From: Octopus sinensis
Lineage: Eukaryota
Length of the DNA stretch: 64,000 nt
Direction of reading: 5' to 3'
Assembly (NCBI RefSeq): GCF_006345805.1
Contig: NC_043002.1
Span: forward strand, 59,086,001-59,150,000
Positions within the stretch are counted from its first letter, which is position 1. Each line of letters starts with the position of its first letter. The translations under genes and the position numbers were made by a program. Positions 62,761 to 64,000 of this stretch are shown one piece after another. The notes under the pieces were generated by a model. That model had not been told where the DNA came from. It worked only from the letters and a program-made list of their open reading frames with translations, and ran no database searches.

Positions 62761-63734
62761 TATATATGTCCAACCAATGCCAACATAAGCAGAGGACAAT
62801 CAATGAGATATGACAAGGAAGGAGAAGAAGGTAAGAGAGAAAGAGGATCTAAAAGAAATATGTGACTGTGGAGGCCTTGCTGCTCTGGGCCATGAGTTTG
62901 GTGTCAATGAATCTACCATTCATTCAATTTCCTTACTGTATAAACATGATCCATTTATCACTCTGTTTCTCCCCCCCCCCCCGTGATAAATGAGTGTTTA
63001 AATACACTGATGTTCTTTCACCTAATTTTCCTGTATTGAAGTGAAACTCTAACAATGTGACTTTCCGACCAGCCTCCAGCTAACCTCTGATGAATACCAC
63101 AAAGATAAGAGAGCAATTACTTTTTATTAAAGTTTAAATCAAATAATAAACCTTTGTGATTATCCATTAAGTAAGCTTTGTTGAAAGACAAAACGAGTTA
63201 AGTTTTATTGCCTGAAGCAATGAACTACAAAAGACTGAAATGAACTCAGTTTTTATTATGTAGTAATAATAATGATAATATTAATAATAATAATAATAAT
63301 AATAATAGTAATAATAATAATAATAATAATAGTAGTAGCCTTCAATCCAATGACTTCATCAATTATGTTGCGATTATCATTTATGCAGTCTTGTCTTAAG
63401 CTCACTTTTAAACAATACGGCAAACACACACTTTCCTGCCGAGCTGCTGTTTGTCCTGCGTAATACTTTGTTGACACACATACGCGCATGCAAACTCACA
63501 CATGCAGACATACATGTACACAACCGTGTATATGTATATATATATATGTAAAAAAAAATTGTCAATGCAAAATTTATTGGGGTGAAAGTTCACTGCTAGA
63601 CTGTTAAGCATCTTCGTTGTAAAACTGAGAAGCTGATGGGGTTTCTTCCATAGTCTCACATAAACCGGTAAGCAAAACATTTTATGTGTGGTGTGTGTGT
63701 GTGTGTGTGTGTGTGTGCACTTATGTATTTAATT

Positions 63735-64000
63735 ATAATCATCATCACCATCATCATCATCATTATCACCAGCATCATCATAACCATCGCCATCATCATC
63801 GCCATCATCATCACCATCACCACCATCATCACCATCACCACCATCATCATCATCACCACCATTACATCATCATCATCATCACCATCACATCACCTTCATC
63901 ATCACCATCATCATCACCACATCACCGTCATCATCACCATCACCACCAACAACACCACCATCATCATCATCACCAACATCAACATCATCACCAACGTCAT
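63735..64000. repeat. (CAT/CAC)n trinucleotide low-complexity tract
   Basis: Direct reading. It explains the M/V-rich ORF. Confidence 0.95.

Overview
AT-rich, microsatellite-dense eukaryotic genomic DNA. The SINE, RTE and (TA)n content looks like a coleoid cephalopod, most likely Octopus; this is inferred from recalled repeat families, with no database check. Most of the window is mobile-element debris: a nearly full-length RTE-clade LINE (3075-6670, minus; AP endonuclease + RT with an embedded PHD-type finger), many RTE 3'-end copies, two abundant tRNA-SINE families, fragments of two restriction-like-endonuclease LINEs, an internally deleted mariner and Helitron-type elements. There is one ~2.4-kb low-complexity coding exon (12938-15361, plus) of an unidentified host gene, plus possible micro-exons near 60.5-61.4 kb. 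The main discovery is a tandem array at 37432-42090 of ~7.8 copies of a ~600-bp unit, set between (TA)n tracts. Each unit carries, on the minus strand, a type I hammerhead ribozyme fold with the full CUGAAGA/GAAA/GUC core, a palindromic mini stem III and an unusually long (~85 nt) stem II. This resembles a retrozyme or ribozyme satellite of Penelope type. Further minimal hammerhead motifs and fold-back relatives of the same repeat family are scattered across the window.
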